The position numbers were made by a program, and so were the translations under genes. Below the pieces are notes generated by a model. It did no database searches and was not told where the DNA came from. It saw only the letters and a list, made by a program, of their open reading frames with translations. A DNA stretch of 63,803 nt, the filler included, from Octopus bimaculoides (taxonomy: Eukaryota): assembly GCF_001194135.2 (NCBI RefSeq). It is 7 parts of 7 records of this genome, joined end to end, with 100 filler letters (N's around TTAATTAATTAA, not from the genome) between each part and the next. Parts side by side here need not be neighbours in the genome. Positions count along the whole stretch, not along the records: positions 49,495 to 57,191 come from NC_069000.1; positions 57,292 to 63,803 come from NC_068997.1; 5 more parts are not named here. One strand, given 5' to 3'. Of the stretch, positions 51,072 through 63,803 are shown one piece after another. Numbering within the stretch: position 1 is the first letter of the stretch; the number at the start of each line of letters is the position of its first letter.

Positions 51072-51780
51072 GAAGTGTAGTCAATTTGGCTAGTGTGTCT
51101 GCCAGAACGGTAGGTGACAAGGTGACTGGCAGGTTTCCTGAAGTTGGTATTGCAAAACATAATGTCATTTGCATCGCAGAACTCCAGCAGCCTGGTTCCC
51201 TCCTCATTACGGGAACGAAAACCATAGCCTCCATGTACACCATGGAAGCCCCCTGAATGTTGTCCATCATGTCCATTAAAGTCACCAGCTGCAAAGAGAA
51301 GGTCCCTGTCATTCATCAATGAGGTAGTCTCCAAGAGGGTGTCATAAAATCGGTCTTTTTGTCCATCGAGTAGCCCCAGCTGAGGGGCATATGCCGAGAT
51401 AATGGTTGCTAACCCATGATGAAGGACTAATCTAATCTTAAGTATTCTATCGCATACTCTGACTACCTTGATTACCTTATCCACCCATTTCTCTGCAAGA
51501 AGTATACACACACCCCCGACCCTGCCCAGAAAATCTTGTACCTGTGTTCTTTGCCGGTGAGGAACCTCTGAGGAACCTTGCTTCTTGGAGGCAGCAGATA
51601 TCAACACATCTCCATTCAAGCATCTCAACAATCTCACCAGACCTACCTTTCAGTGTGCCGACATTGAGAGTGCCAACCCTGAGGGTGTGGGAGGTATGGG
51701 CCCGTGAGACCTTGGGACGGGGGACAGCAGCATCATGTACCTGAAAAGAAAGCTCGCAGAATTCATAAACAAGCAGTAGC
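51072..51780 (-). mobile_element. RTE LINE 5' end: AP endonuclease
   Basis: LRVGTLNVGTLKGRSGEIVEML..DICCLQE...ISAYAPQ...GDFNGH...RNEEGTRLLEFC...SQIDY. Confidence 0.9.
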
Positions 51781-51805
51781 CTTCATTTCAACCTGTATAC
51801 ACTAC

Positions 51806-51885
51806 ACATGCTAAAGGTGCCATGCAGTGGTACTGAACCCAGAACCATGTGGTTAAGAAGCAAACTTCTTACCATACAGCCATAT
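51806..51885 (-). mobile_element. SINE family B head
   Basis: GGTGCCATGCAGTGG.ACTGAACCCAGAACCATGTGGTT..GAAGCAAACTTCTTACCA. Confidence 0.75.
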
Positions 51886-51892
51886 ATACATA

Positions 51893-51934
<42 letters not shown>

Positions 51935-51935
<1 letters not shown>

Positions 51936-52425
51936 ATCATCATCATCATCATCATCATCATCATCGTTTAACGTCCGCTTTCCATGCTAGCATGGGTTGG
52001 ACGACTTGACTGAGGACTGGTGAAACCGGATGGCAACACCAGGCTCCAATCTAAATTTGGCAGAGTTTCTACAGCTGGATTCCCTTCCTAACGCCAACCA
52101 CTCAGAGAGTGTAGTAGGTGCTTTTACGTGTCACCTGCACGAAGGCCAGTCAGGCGATACTGGCAACGGCCACGCTCGAAATGGTGTCTTTTATGTGCCA
52201 CCCGCACAAGCCAGTCCAGGGGCACTGGCAACGACCTCTTCTACGGGTTCCCTCAACTATTAGTGTGTGGCACTTTTTCACGCAGCTATCCTCATCCATT
52301 CTCACCACATGTCCATACCAGCGCAATCGTCTCTCTTGCACACCACAACTGATGCTTCTAATGTTCAGCTTTTCTCTCAAGATACTTACACTCTGACGGG
52401 TATTCACATTGACATATATATATGA
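51935..52425 (-). mobile_element. RTE LINE 3' end (ORF tail and 3'UTR)
   Basis: LREKLNIRSISCGVQERRLRWYGHVVRMDEDSCVKKC, 3'UTR and (GAT)n tail. Confidence 0.85.
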
Positions 52426-52581
52426 CGTGTGGTACACAGTGCACCTATTCAAGTTGATGGAGAGATTGAGCTAATGTGTGGCACAAACATTTTATCAATC
52501 ATTTGTACAGATTGTTCAGCAAAAGCTGAATGCTCATGCATCATTTTGGACAGGTGAGTCCATCACATACATACATACATA

Positions 52582-53300
52582 CAATCGACAAAACTGTAAT
52601 GTCAGAGGTGCAAGAGCATAGTAGGAACCAAGTTTCTAAGTGGCTAGACTACAAGAAAGCCTTTGACTCTGTTCCCTGCTCATGGATGCTATAAACCCTT
52701 CAACTTGCTAAAGTTCCTGTGAGAATAGTCAAAGATATAGCTTACCTGACTTCATCGTGGGCCACCATCTTGAAATTAAACACAAAGAGTGACTGTATTA
52801 TCACCGATAAAATACAGTATTGCAAGGGCATATTCCAAGAAGACAGCCTCTCTGTGATGTTGTTTATTCTTTCTGTAAACTCCTTATCATTCAAGTTAAG
52901 GAAGCCTGAAAAGGAAAGAGAAATGTCAAAATAACACAGTTTCTTTGTGGATGACTTAAAACTTTATGTAAAGAATATGCATAAGATGAAAAAGAGCCTT
53001 GATCTCACTACAATATTCTCAAAGGACGTTGGGTTGGAGCTTGGTCAGGGTAAATGTTGTTATATGGTTGTGAAAAGGGGAAAAACTATAAACCAGACTA
53101 GTAACCTCTCCATCAATGATTTGACTGTTTCCCCTGTATCTGACAAGGAATGTTATAAGTATCTAGGGGTGGATGAAAATATATCTTACAATGGAACCTG
53201 TAACAAAACACGTGTCACTAAAGAATATTACAGCCGAAAAAGGAAAATTTGGCTCTCAAAACTCACTGCATTCAATAAAACAGTGGCCCACAATATGTCT
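52582..53300 (+). mobile_element. R4/Dong-like RT fragment beginning at a (TACA)n tract
   Basis: IDKTV...WLDYKKAFDSVP...KGIFQEDSLS..LFIL...(V)DDLKLY...GKC...YKYLGV. Confidence 0.85.
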
Positions 53301-53415
53301 GCAAAAAATGTTTTTTCCACCATTCCGTTTATTTTTTCTGTAATAAAAGTTTCTTATTCCAAAACTCTGCTCATCCATCTTTTCATTTCCTCTCAGGAAT
53401 TTATATTATTTAATG

Positions 53416-53480
53416 CAGTGGTTCCTAACCTGTGGTCCACAAAGGTAGTACTAGGGTCCGTGAACTAAATTCAAAATTTC

Positions 53481-53530
<50 letters not shown>

Positions 53531-54314
53531 NNNNNNNNNNNNNNNNNNNNNNNNNNNNNNNNNNNNNNNNNNNNNNNNNNNNNNNNNNNNNNNNNNNNNN
53601 NNNNNNNNNNNNNNNNNNNNNNNNNNNNNNNNNNNNNNNNNNNNNNNNNNNNNNNNNNNNNNNNNNNNNNNNNNNNNNNNNNNNNNNNNNNNNNNNNNNN
53701 NNNNNNNNNNNNNNNNNNNNNNNNNNNNNNNNNNNNNNNNNNNNNNNNNNNACACACACAAAGATAAACAAATTAAAAGGGGTCTGTGGGAAAACTCATT
53801 TAAATAAAAGGGGTTCTTGATAGTGAAAAGGTTGAAGGCGGCGAGGCGGCAGAACCGTTAGCACGCCGAACGAAATGCTTAGCGGTATTTCGTCTGCCGT
53901 TACGTTCTGAGTTCAAATTTCGCCGATGTTGACTTTGCCTTTCATCCTTTCGATAAATTAAGTACCAGTTACGCACTGGGAGTCGATGTAATCGATTTAA
54001 TCCCTTTGTCTGTCCTTGTTTGTCCCCTCTTTCTTTAGCCCCTTGTGGGCAATAAAGAAATAAGAAACGTTAGCACATGCTAATGTGTTGGCAGAAACGT
54101 TAGCACAGGCGAAATGCTTAGCGGTATTTCGTCTGTCTTTACATTCTGAGTTCAAATTCCGCCGAGGTCAACTTTGCCTTTCATCCTTTCAGGGGTCGAT
54201 AAATTAAGTACCAGTTGCGTACGTCGATTGATCTAATCGACTGGCCCCCTCCCCCAAAATTTTGGGCCTTGTGCTAAAAGTAGAGAAGGATAGTGAAAAG
54301 GTTGGAAAAAATTG
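53416..54314. mobile_element. non-autonomous hAT-type DNA transposon (MITE)
   Basis: Left terminal inverted repeat (TIR) CAGTGGTTCCTAACCT, degenerate right TIR AGGTTGGAAAAAATTG (11/16 match), and exact 8-bp target-site duplication (TSD) ATTTAATG at 53408-53415 and 54315-54322. Confidence 0.8.
53835..54288 (+). mobile_element. dimeric SINE family A insertion with 16-bp TSD
   Basis: Two head-to-tail monomers flanked by GATAGTGAAAAGGTTG at 53819-53834 and 54289-54304. Confidence 0.85.
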
Positions 54315-55994
54315 ATTTAATGTCTCCTCGTTATGTGACCTGAGGTAGATTTAGTAGCTTTTTTTTTGTGTGTAGATATCTAATATAAATTTATTTACAT
54401 GTGGACAAAACAGAGAACACAATTAAAAGAATTAAAAGAAAAAAAAACTTAGAAAATTATAAATGCAAGTAAAATGTATTTATGATTACAAATATATTTA
54501 TTACAAACGATATATATTTATTATAAAGTGTAATTAAAATCCCCTAATCCTCACCATTTTTTAAATGATTAATTCATTTAAGAAATGAATTTGTTCAAAA
54601 TTCTTAATCTTTGGTGGGCAAAACATACACAATTCATTCACTGTTTTTCTTACGAATTAGAAAAGTGGAATGGTGTGATAATAGCAACAAGCGGACGTTT
54701 TATGGATATGTAAGATTGACTGAATTGATATTAATTTTAAATATCAATTCATTGGCGGAAAGTAAGACAAAATCGACATTGGTGTGAGGAGTAGATAAGA
54801 AGGCAGAATTAAATGGTTGAACACAGCTCATGCTGCTCTTAAATTGGGTTCTCTTTGTTGATTCCTGCTTAAAACCAAATGAAGTTAATATAGACTTATG
54901 AATTTGAACATGGAAAACGAGTGGCTGGGATTGATTGAATTCATATCAATAATAAATGAATTCCTAGAATAATTAATGGCGAAGATATTACATTAAAAAA
55001 AAAAATTTTTAACAGGAAAAGAAATAACTAAAAACAGCCAGGTATTTTGCCATTTAATGGCTTTAAAATAACGATTTCCTTTAATAATAATGATAGACCA
55101 AAATCATTCTAAATTAATATTAAATCTTGTAATTCCATTTGCCACAAACGAGACAATTTTCAAGTTTTGTTACAAACTACTAAATATACGGAGACTGTAG
55201 ATGGTCGTCCGATCTACTAGAAATAGACGCCAAATCAGTCTCACGTCACACTTTATCATCTTAAAAAAAGAAGGACACTACAGGAAGGGTAGTGACTGGA
55301 TGCCTGTGGCTGGAATGTTTTTCACAACAGAACTTCTTGACCAGGGTATGAAATAAAAACTTTTAAAAAGCCGAACCTGAGTGGTTATGGTGGAGCGCTT
55401 TTCATCCTCAGTTTGTTTAAGACAAGCTTTTTCCACACAGGATACAAATTGGAATGGTTCACCAAGAAAATTAGCGAACAACAAACCAGGTCAAGAATAG
55501 AATTAACAATATTTGTATGTTTTTTTAGAAAACAAAAACAAATTTCAAACATTTTCCTAATTCGCTAAAAATCCGAGGAGAGTAGTTGACATTACTACAA
55601 TGCGATGTAAATGGAATTATGAGAGATGTCTACTGTTTCGATTAGAAAAGGAGGCAAATATATAAGGTTCTTCTACGCAGCTCAACTAAAATCGAAACCG
55701 TCTCACTGTACATGAATCCCCGACTCGATAACGCAAATAGAAAGAATACAATAAAACAAATCTTAAATGAAAACTTGAAAATTTTTTCATATCTATATAA
55801 TGTATTGTTAATGATAAAGAAAGTTATAACCAACAGGAATGCGTCTCACATGTTGAATGGATTTAAAGCTTGAATGGATATAAAGCCTGAATATATTTAA
55901 AATCATTTCAGAAATATTTCATGGCAAAACTATAAGAAAAGGTACAAAAAAAAAAAGCGTTTCTAAACTCACGATCGAAACTGTTCTTGTCGAG

Positions 55995-56276
55995 ATGACG
56001 ACGCCATTCGAAAGACAGACGACAAACTTTCCGTTGTTATTCGGAATTACAAATTTATGTTCGGTCTTTCTCACTGTAACTGTTTATAAAACAACATTTT
56101 GCCATATTTCGTCCGATTTTTGTTTTTGCTGTTTATACTGAAACTAAAATCAGATAAGATATGACAAGAACTTGTTTAACGGAAAGTTATCGGTAGTAAA
56201 GACCGAATATTAATTCAAAATAATTCCGAATGACAACGGAAATTCTGTCGTCTGCTTTTTGAATGGCGTCGTCGTC
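55995..56276. mobile_element. ~280-bp fold-back/MITE-like palindrome
   Basis: GACGACGCCATTCGAAAG.CAGACGACA..TTTCCGTTGT.ATTCGGAATTA is mirrored at the right end; the inner halves are also complementary. Confidence 0.75.
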
Positions 56277-57517
56277 GTCGTCCTTGCCAGTTCAGAAACA
56301 TTTTTCTGTTTCGTTTTCTTCGTAATTCTATTATATATATTTCTCAAACGATTTTAAACCTGTTCAAGTGAGGCATTTTTCCCTTGATTTTAACTTCTCT
56401 GGATAAACATTATCATAAACAATAATATTGTGACTGGAAAGTTTTGTTCTATTTCCTGGTTAATAGTTGTGTTTTTTTTGGGGGGGGGGTTGTATAGCTT
56501 CAACTGGCCATATTGCGTCAAGAATCCATGTTTAGAAATACGATTTCCATTTTCTGTTAAGCCAGATAGAGAAACCTTATGTTTTGCTCTTTGCTATTTC
56601 TAACTGAAATGATGGACATAGTTCATTCGAAATATTTTCTTCGTGATTTTTCAATGAGTCACGATTAAAAAAAAACCTGAGAGCCAGTGGTAACACTGCA
56701 GAAAATCATTTTAATTTTTCGTAATATAGCTACATTAAATATTTGCAAAGGTGACTGAAAAAGTCAAAGATCGTAAATTCCCATTCATCAATAGTTTGCT
56801 ATTGCTTCTCTTATAATTCCATTCACACCTCGTATACAACTATGACACACATTTTATTTGTGATACCTGTAATTTATTTTTAATAGATGTGATTGTTGAA
56901 TCCTAGTTATATTTTAAATACTTCATCATTATGAGACACTTTGTATATTGTCTTCGGTACCTGACTTATACTTTATTTTGTGGAACCTGGGAGAATGAAG
57001 ATAAAGTTGATCTTAGCGCGATTTCGATTCAGAACGTAAAGGTCTCTAGTGAGACCTAGGATCGAAACCTCGCATTTTCATTTACTAGTGTAAAACCACA
57101 TTCAGGTCAGGCGGCGTGACCTGGTTATCAACCAGTCGGTTAGCAGAAATATCCTGCCATACAGTGGAACATTCTACAGATTTCTAGAAGTNNNNNNNNN
57201 NNNNNNNNNNNNNNNNNNNNNNNNNNNNNNNNNNNTTAATTAATTAANNNNNNNNNNNNNNNNNNNNNNNNNNNNNNNNNNNNNNNNNNNNATATATATA
57301 TATATATATATAGGTAAATTGAGAAATGGAGTCAAAAGCAGGTGTTATTCAAATCATTTGAAAAAAGATACATACATTTATATATACATATATACATATA
57401 TATATAGCCACATACGTATTAATATGTATATGTATAAATATGATATATATCTGCCTATACACACATGTATATATGTTTGTGTACATATGTATACACACAT
57501 ATATATATATGCATATA

Positions 57518-57556
<39 letters not shown>

Positions 57557-58670
57557 GTATGTGTGTGCATGTACATGTGTGCATGCGTGCGCGTGTAAGT
57601 GTGTGTGTGTGCATACAAACACACACATACCATTATATAATCATATTTCTTTTAAGAAACATTTCTAAACCCCATTGGAACTCGAAACACAATCGTTGCT
57701 CATTGAAATTTTACCACACCACCCAACATCCGCTATGCTACATAACTTACAAACTGAAAAATCTCCTCAAATCCGACCTCGAATGACTCATGGACATATA
57801 TCTGAGTCAGAGTAGAACAACTGACCCCTCTAAATCAAACGATCTAAAAACTGACTGATGCAGACGACATCCAAGCACGAAATAATTTCAACTTCGCGCC
57901 AAATGTAAATATGGACGTTACTATTTTGAATTGCAAATTCGGTAAAACTAACCAGTGATGTGGATATATATATATCCTACATGAAATGAGGGCGAAACAT
58001 GGCAAAGACAAGAGACAAAAGTCGGAATAAAGTGTTTTATTGAGCTGTATAATATCATAATTTCATAGTGTAATTCTGGCAAGGGTTTAACGAATGTCAA
58101 ACTCATGCAAGTCGCCATTTTTGTCCAAACTATGTTTGTTTGTCTTAGAACGTAATGTTGTTGATCTTTGTCTTTTAAGATCAAGTTGGATTTATAAAGT
58201 GTTTGCTCCATATTTCATTTCAATGTTGCTAATGATTGAACCATCGCCGCTACTACCACCACCACCACCACCACCACCACCACTACCGTTGCTGGTTATG
58301 CACGCTAAGTGAACTCTTTATTACGTTGGTGGTAACGGTGTTAGAAAATGAATGGGTGGTGTTGATAGTTTTAATGGTGGATGGTGCTGCGGCGAAGAGA
58401 GGAGAGGTGTGAGGAGAGAAGCGGACAAGGGTTTATTGATCTCCTTTTACAGTCGACTGGTAGGATCATTAGAACATCGGGACAAAAATGCCTGCGGTAT
58501 TTTGTTGCGGCCTTCCTTTGGCTCCGATTTCGAATCCTGTTAATGTAAATATTCTTCCCAGAGTGAATAAAAGCCGACTTTGTCTTTTCATCAACTACCA
58601 TCTTCAATAAAATACCAGGGTCAGTTTAATAAAATATCTGTGTGGGTTTGTGTCTGTGTAAAGAAATTAC

Positions 58671-58747
<77 letters not shown>

Positions 58748-58956
58748 ATTAGTATCATTATTGGTCTAATGGTTAGAGAGTCGCACTCAAGATCGCGAGA
58801 TCGTGGTTTCATCTCCTAGACCGGGTAGTTGAGCAAAGCACTTCATCTCACGCTGCTCAAATGCTGGGATCGATGTAACCAACTATTCTCCTCCCCACAA
58901 ATTCCAGGCCGTGTGCCTATGTAGAAATGATTATTATTATTATTATTATTATTGTT

Positions 58957-59125
58957 CAGTAGTTTTATTTTTATAACGTGCTTTCACTTCACTACCGAGC
59001 GCAGCTCTGTGCGCCTTGGGTATGTGCTGTGGTTTGCTGTGGTGCTCTTATGTTTACTGTATTGAAAGTGTTTTGCGTAGAATGTGTGCAGTACCCAGCA
59101 GTGCAATTTTCTGTATGTTATATAT
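58957..59125 (-). mobile_element. Dong-like 3' end within (TAA)n
   Basis: Near-identical to 29958-30125; (ATT)n on both sides. Confidence 0.85.
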
Positions 59126-59135
59126 ATATATTATA

Positions 59136-59183
<48 letters not shown>

Positions 59184-59597
59184 ATTTTCCTCTGTGGTCA
59201 AGCACTAATCGACATTTTTAAAGTTCTGTTTTGATAAAGGTGAGGATACTGACTGAGTTGTCACCCACAACCTAGCTAATTTGTTAAGATATGAATAAAT
59301 GTGGCCAGGATGACTGTGGTGAACGGACCAATAATAAATGTGCGCTTTTCGGACTGAGAGAATCAATGGTAAAGGGGCCCCTGGTCTTGGTGCACTTGGT
59401 GGTTGGGTTTTGATCCAGAATCGATGGGATTTCTAATTTGCTCCGAGGTAGTACTCCCTGTATATACATCATTCTGTAATAAGAATAATATTGACAGTAA
59501 TTTCGAAGTTTAGGCCAGCTAAACAATCATCGAACAGTCTGTCGATGGCTTAATGTAAAATTGTGTTTATTATAACTGAACATAAAAACAAACATAA

Positions 59598-59639
<42 letters not shown>

Positions 59640-60357
59640 AGTCACTCACTCAAATATATACTATTAAATAGATATGCAGATGTATACACGCATATGTATG
59701 TGTGCGCGCTTGTGTGTATATATATTCGTACATGTATGTTTATGTTTTATAAAATATTTTTATAAATATATATATACAAGCATATTCATATATATGTATG
59801 TATATGCATGCATACATACATTCACATACACGCACGCACGCACACACACACAAACACACACACACACGTATATTAAAAACAATCGTATGCCATCAGACAT
59901 TCAGTCACCAATTTTAAGAGAGTATAGTGATCATTAAGTCAATTTGTTATCCCTCTATAAATCATTATCATGTGATATCAGCTTAATTACCTTTATTACC
60001 TAGAGGGTTCACAGTTCATGCATGTGTATATATTTGTGTGTGTGTCTGTGTGTCTGTGTTTGCGTGTGTGTATGTGTGTATGTGTGAATATATATACCGT
60101 ATCGTATAATTAGTATAGTCATTCTAATTACTGAACAAGCTAGGTCTTAATTAACACACCAATATCATATTTCTCTTTACTCCGTTGATTGGTTTTTCAC
60201 GTTTGCTGTCGTGGTTTTCATATTCTCCATCTTGTTTTTCATCAATGAACGTAAATTGAGATGAGGTAATTTAATATAATTATAATTGTAAACAGAGATT
60301 TTGGCTTGTTGCTTTATGTTTATACTGAAAGGGCGGAGGTGTTAACGGTATGTATGT

Positions 60358-60543
60358 ATGTCATCATTCAGTTTATTTCAAGATTTCTTACCAATAGAGA
60401 AAGAACCGGTTTCTAACCTAGATCCAAGGCTCCTTTATTGAAATTTCAACATCAACAACCGGGTATTTTTGTATGTATGTATGTATGTATGTATGTCTCT
60501 TCTAATTTTTAATTGTTATACATCTTCCGCTGAGGAGGGAGCA
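60358..60543 (-). mobile_element. two short 3'UTR remnants of (TACA)n-associated R4/Dong-like families
   Basis: 60493-60543 matches 6826-6870 (GTCTCTTC..TTTTAATT.TTATA.ATCTTCC.CTGAGGAGGGAGC); 60358-60468 shares CCGGTTTC.AAC..AGAT.CAAGGCTCC; both are bounded by (TGTA)n. Confidence 0.6.
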
Positions 60544-60742
60544 CTCAACAGACACGTGTACCCTTAATGTAGTTCTCGGGAAGATTCAGCGTGACACAGA
60601 GTGTGACAAGGCTGTGTCACGCTGAATCTTCCCGAGAACTACGTTAAGGGTACCCGTGTCTGTGGAGTGCTCAGCCACTTGCACGATAATTTCACGAGCA
60701 GGCTGTTCCGTTGATCGGATCAGCTGAGACCCTCGATACCGT
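60539..60742 (+). mobile_element. SINE family E 3' part with inverted 5' duplication
   Basis: 60539-60598 is the reverse complement of 60613-60672 (57/60 identical). Confidence 0.85.
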
Positions 60743-61023
60743 CCTCTTTGGCGAAGTATTCAGCATCGTTTCTAAATATCACATGGAGAGGAAAATGAGC
60801 GTGGTGAGGGAAGAGCTGCTTTCCAGTAAGTTTGATGAAAGGTGGATGAAGGAGGCAAAAATGGTCCAAGTGAACAAAATTAACATCATCATTATCATCA
60901 TCATCATCGTCGTCACCGTCGTCGTCGTCGTCGTCATCGTCGTCGTCGTCATCATCATCATCATCATCATCATCATCAGCAGCAGCATTATCATAATTGT
61001 TGTTGTTACTGTTATTATAAGAC

Positions 61024-61235
61024 ATCGAGCTGGAAGAACAGTTTAGCAAGATGGACAAAATGTTTAGCCGCATTTCGTCTATCTTTACGGTCGTAGTTCA
61101 AATTCCGCTAAGGTCGACTTTGCCCTTTCACTCTCTCGGGGACGATAAAATAAGTACAAAACAGAGTACTGGAGTTCATGTAATCGACTTCTCCCTCCCC
61201 TCAAAAAGTGTTGGAGCTGTGTCGAAATATAAAAA
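61024..61235 (+). mobile_element. SINE family A, diverged
   Basis: GAGCTGG...TTAGC...TAGTTCAAATTCCGCTAAGGTCGACTTTGCC...GATAAAATAAGTAC. Confidence 0.75.
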
Positions 61236-61268
61236 CATTATTGTTACAAGTAGTAGTAATAGTAGTAA

Positions 61269-61314
<46 letters not shown>

Positions 61315-61645
61315 GGTGGGGTTGTGGTGTTGGTAGTGCTGGTGGTGATGGTGGTAGTAGTAGTAGTAGTAGTAAATCGTGAAGAAATAAATTGCATAGA
61401 AGAGTTATGTTCTACCGATGTACATCCGAATTTGGATTATAAGCAATTCCTACAGTTGACAAGAATTTCAAGATAGTGTTTCGATACAAATCAAATAAAA
61501 GAAACATGCCAAACTATACAAATTATAAATAAATGAATAAATAAATAAATGAAGAAAGTAAAAATGAAAAGAGATAATTAAATATACAAGGTGATATATA
61601 AGATGTTGAAGCGAACACACACATATGGCAAATACAACTATGATC

Positions 61646-61700
<55 letters not shown>

Positions 61701-62749
61701 ATGGTAACAACAGCAAAGATATATATATATATATATGATTTATATATATACATACATGTGTAGGAGTGTGTGCACACACACACACGCGCACATGCACATA
61801 TATATCATAGTTCTATATGCTATCATTTTGTGGTTCCATTTTTCACGTTTTATAAAACTAAAACTTCGATGTCGCTTGATCATACTTCCCCTCCCAGTAT
61901 TTACCTCCCCTTAATATGTTAAAGAAAAAAAAATAACATCAAATATTGATATAACCTTTATCATACTTTATGGTGGGATCTGTTTGAAACACATGTCTAC
62001 TTTGGTGGAATTATTGAATATATTAAGACATTCACATCTACAAACACACACACACATACATACACACACACATATAACTATAAAGACATACACTAACAGC
62101 ATCATCAGTAACAGCATCATCACCAACAACATTACCATTATCATCATTATACTTTTCTTTTTCTAACGCTCACACACAATCGTATAGAAGCACATACACA
62201 TACATACAACATACCCATTTCCAACATATTTACCCACGCACATACGTACACATCATCGTCATCATCGTCATCATCCTCATCGACGTCGTCGTCGTCGTCA
62301 TCGTCATCATCTTCATTGTCATCATCATAGACGTCATCATCGCCATCATCATCTTCATCATCGTCGTCGTAGTTGTCGTCGTCATCATCCGCATGGCATT
62401 TATTCCAAGCCACTCTGTGACTACTAAGCGACTGTCATCAGCACCAGTTAAGAATCAGATGAAATATGGAAGGCAAAAAAAAACCCGTATACACGCTTCA
62501 GTTCTATAAGCATAGACACATGTATATAGACTCACACAAACACACACACACACAAACTGAAATACGGACACAGCTATACACATTTGTACACACACACACA
62601 TACATTACTCACATATATATACATATACACTAATACACATATATATATACACATATACACGCGAAGCTGTATAATAGTCATGCAGTGCAAAAGTGAATAT
62701 GAACAGAAATAAAACATGTGTACATTACAACAACAAACAAACATCAACA

Positions 62750-62771
62750 ACTAATAATAATACTAATAATA

Positions 62772-62806
<35 letters not shown>

Positions 62807-62852
62807 GAAGAAGAAGAAGAAGAAGAAGAAGAAGAAGAAGAAGAAGAAGAAG

Positions 62853-62881
<29 letters not shown>
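62750..62881. repeat. compound (AAT)(GAT)(GAA)n microsatellite
   Basis: Tandem array read directly. Confidence 0.95.
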
Positions 62882-62883
<2 letters not shown>

Positions 62884-63561
62884 GTTAGAAAAAGACGTGG
62901 GATTAGTGTAGACTCCATAAATATCCAATCGGAAAACCCTAGTGGCATTTTGGATAGACAGGGGAGATAATTCTTAGTGAAATCGACACCTCCCACCGCC
63001 ACTTTAGCGGTCACAGCTGTGTAGCTTCTGAGCCGTGTTTCACTTTCAGATTGGTTGAAGGCAGATTAGGAGAATTATGGGAATTAAACAGACACCTCAC
63101 AGGAAGTGGAAATTGAAGTTGAAGAGTTGGAGATCAGTGGTAGTGGGTGTGTGAGGGGGTGGTGGTGCAAACAGATAGGATGAACTGTGGGTGTGGGAAG
63201 ACAGAAATGGAGGTAAACTGAAATGGAGGTAAACTGAAAAAGGAACGATAAGGAAATAGGAAGTAAAGACGGAAAAAATGAAAGAATAAACAAATAAAAA
63301 AAAGAAGCATTTTATCGTAACGATGATAAAAGCCATATCAGCTTCAAATTACATATCTCACATGTAGATATGTAAGATGTATGTATGTATGTATGTATGT
63401 ATGTATGTATGTATATCTATGTATGTATGTATGTACGTATGTATGTATATCTATGTATCTTTTTACACGCCATTGTTTACAGTTTTTTGTTAGGGTTTCG
63501 AGAATTACTATTTCAAGAAATAATGTCTCTCTTTATATATATATATATATATATATATATG

Positions 63562-63803
63562 GTGCCAAAGGTACCGTCCACTGCATCTCACATAAGAACG
63601 AGATACTGCAGCAGCCTCGGTTTCAGAGGACCTCAGCTCTTCAATGCCCTGCCAAAACATTTGAGAGACATGCAAGACATGGATGCGGAGGTCTTCAAGA
63701 CAAAACTTGACGCTTTCCTCTCCACGATACCAGACGAACCAATAGCTCGTAATGAGACGCAGTTTAGGGCAGCTGTGTCAAATTCTCTTATACACCAGAT
63801 GTG
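63562..63803 (+). mobile_element. CR1-like LINE ORF2 C-terminus (runs off the window)
   Basis: SLGFRGPQLFNALPKHLRDM...FKTKLDAFLSTIPDEP...AAVSNSLIHQ. Confidence 0.8.

Noticed and set aside
55280-55490. Possible mariner transposase remnant (WMP..., FF.TGYKL)
   Set aside because: Only short motif echoes with stops, and no TIRs found.
62693-62911. Poly-D/E, poly-N, poly-HT and YI/CV ORFs in the track (also 8487-9866, 60720-61073, 62147-62413 and others)
   Set aside because: Translations of microsatellites and gaps, with no domain content.

Overview
AT-rich, microsatellite-dense eukaryotic genomic DNA with many N gaps. The repeat content looks like a cephalopod, probably Octopus (inference from repeat style). 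Most of the window is intronic or intergenic sequence filled with three recurring tRNA-derived SINE families (called A, B and E here) and decayed non-LTR retrotransposons (R4/Dong, Tx1/L1, RTE, CR1-like, Penelope). It also holds a hAT-type MITE and several fold-back elements. One well-bounded host exon (43421-43980, minus strand) encodes a long loop with six N-glycosylation sequons followed by an S2-like helix of the Hv1/TMEM266 voltage-sensor family; a candidate terminal exon lies at 18674-19120. The most unusual signals are: (1) five minimal type-I hammerhead-like ribozyme motifs in three unrelated repeat families, including a ~385-bp palindrome carrying two outward-facing hammerheads with an elongated helix II; (2) retrotransposon families each associated with a different microsatellite: Dong with (TAA)n, a second R4/Dong family with (TACA)n, and Tx1 with (CTAT)n; (3) several inversion events and nested insertions that create long hairpins. 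Most ORFs in the supplied track are microsatellite or gap artefacts. All alignments were done by eye, so repeat boundaries are approximate.
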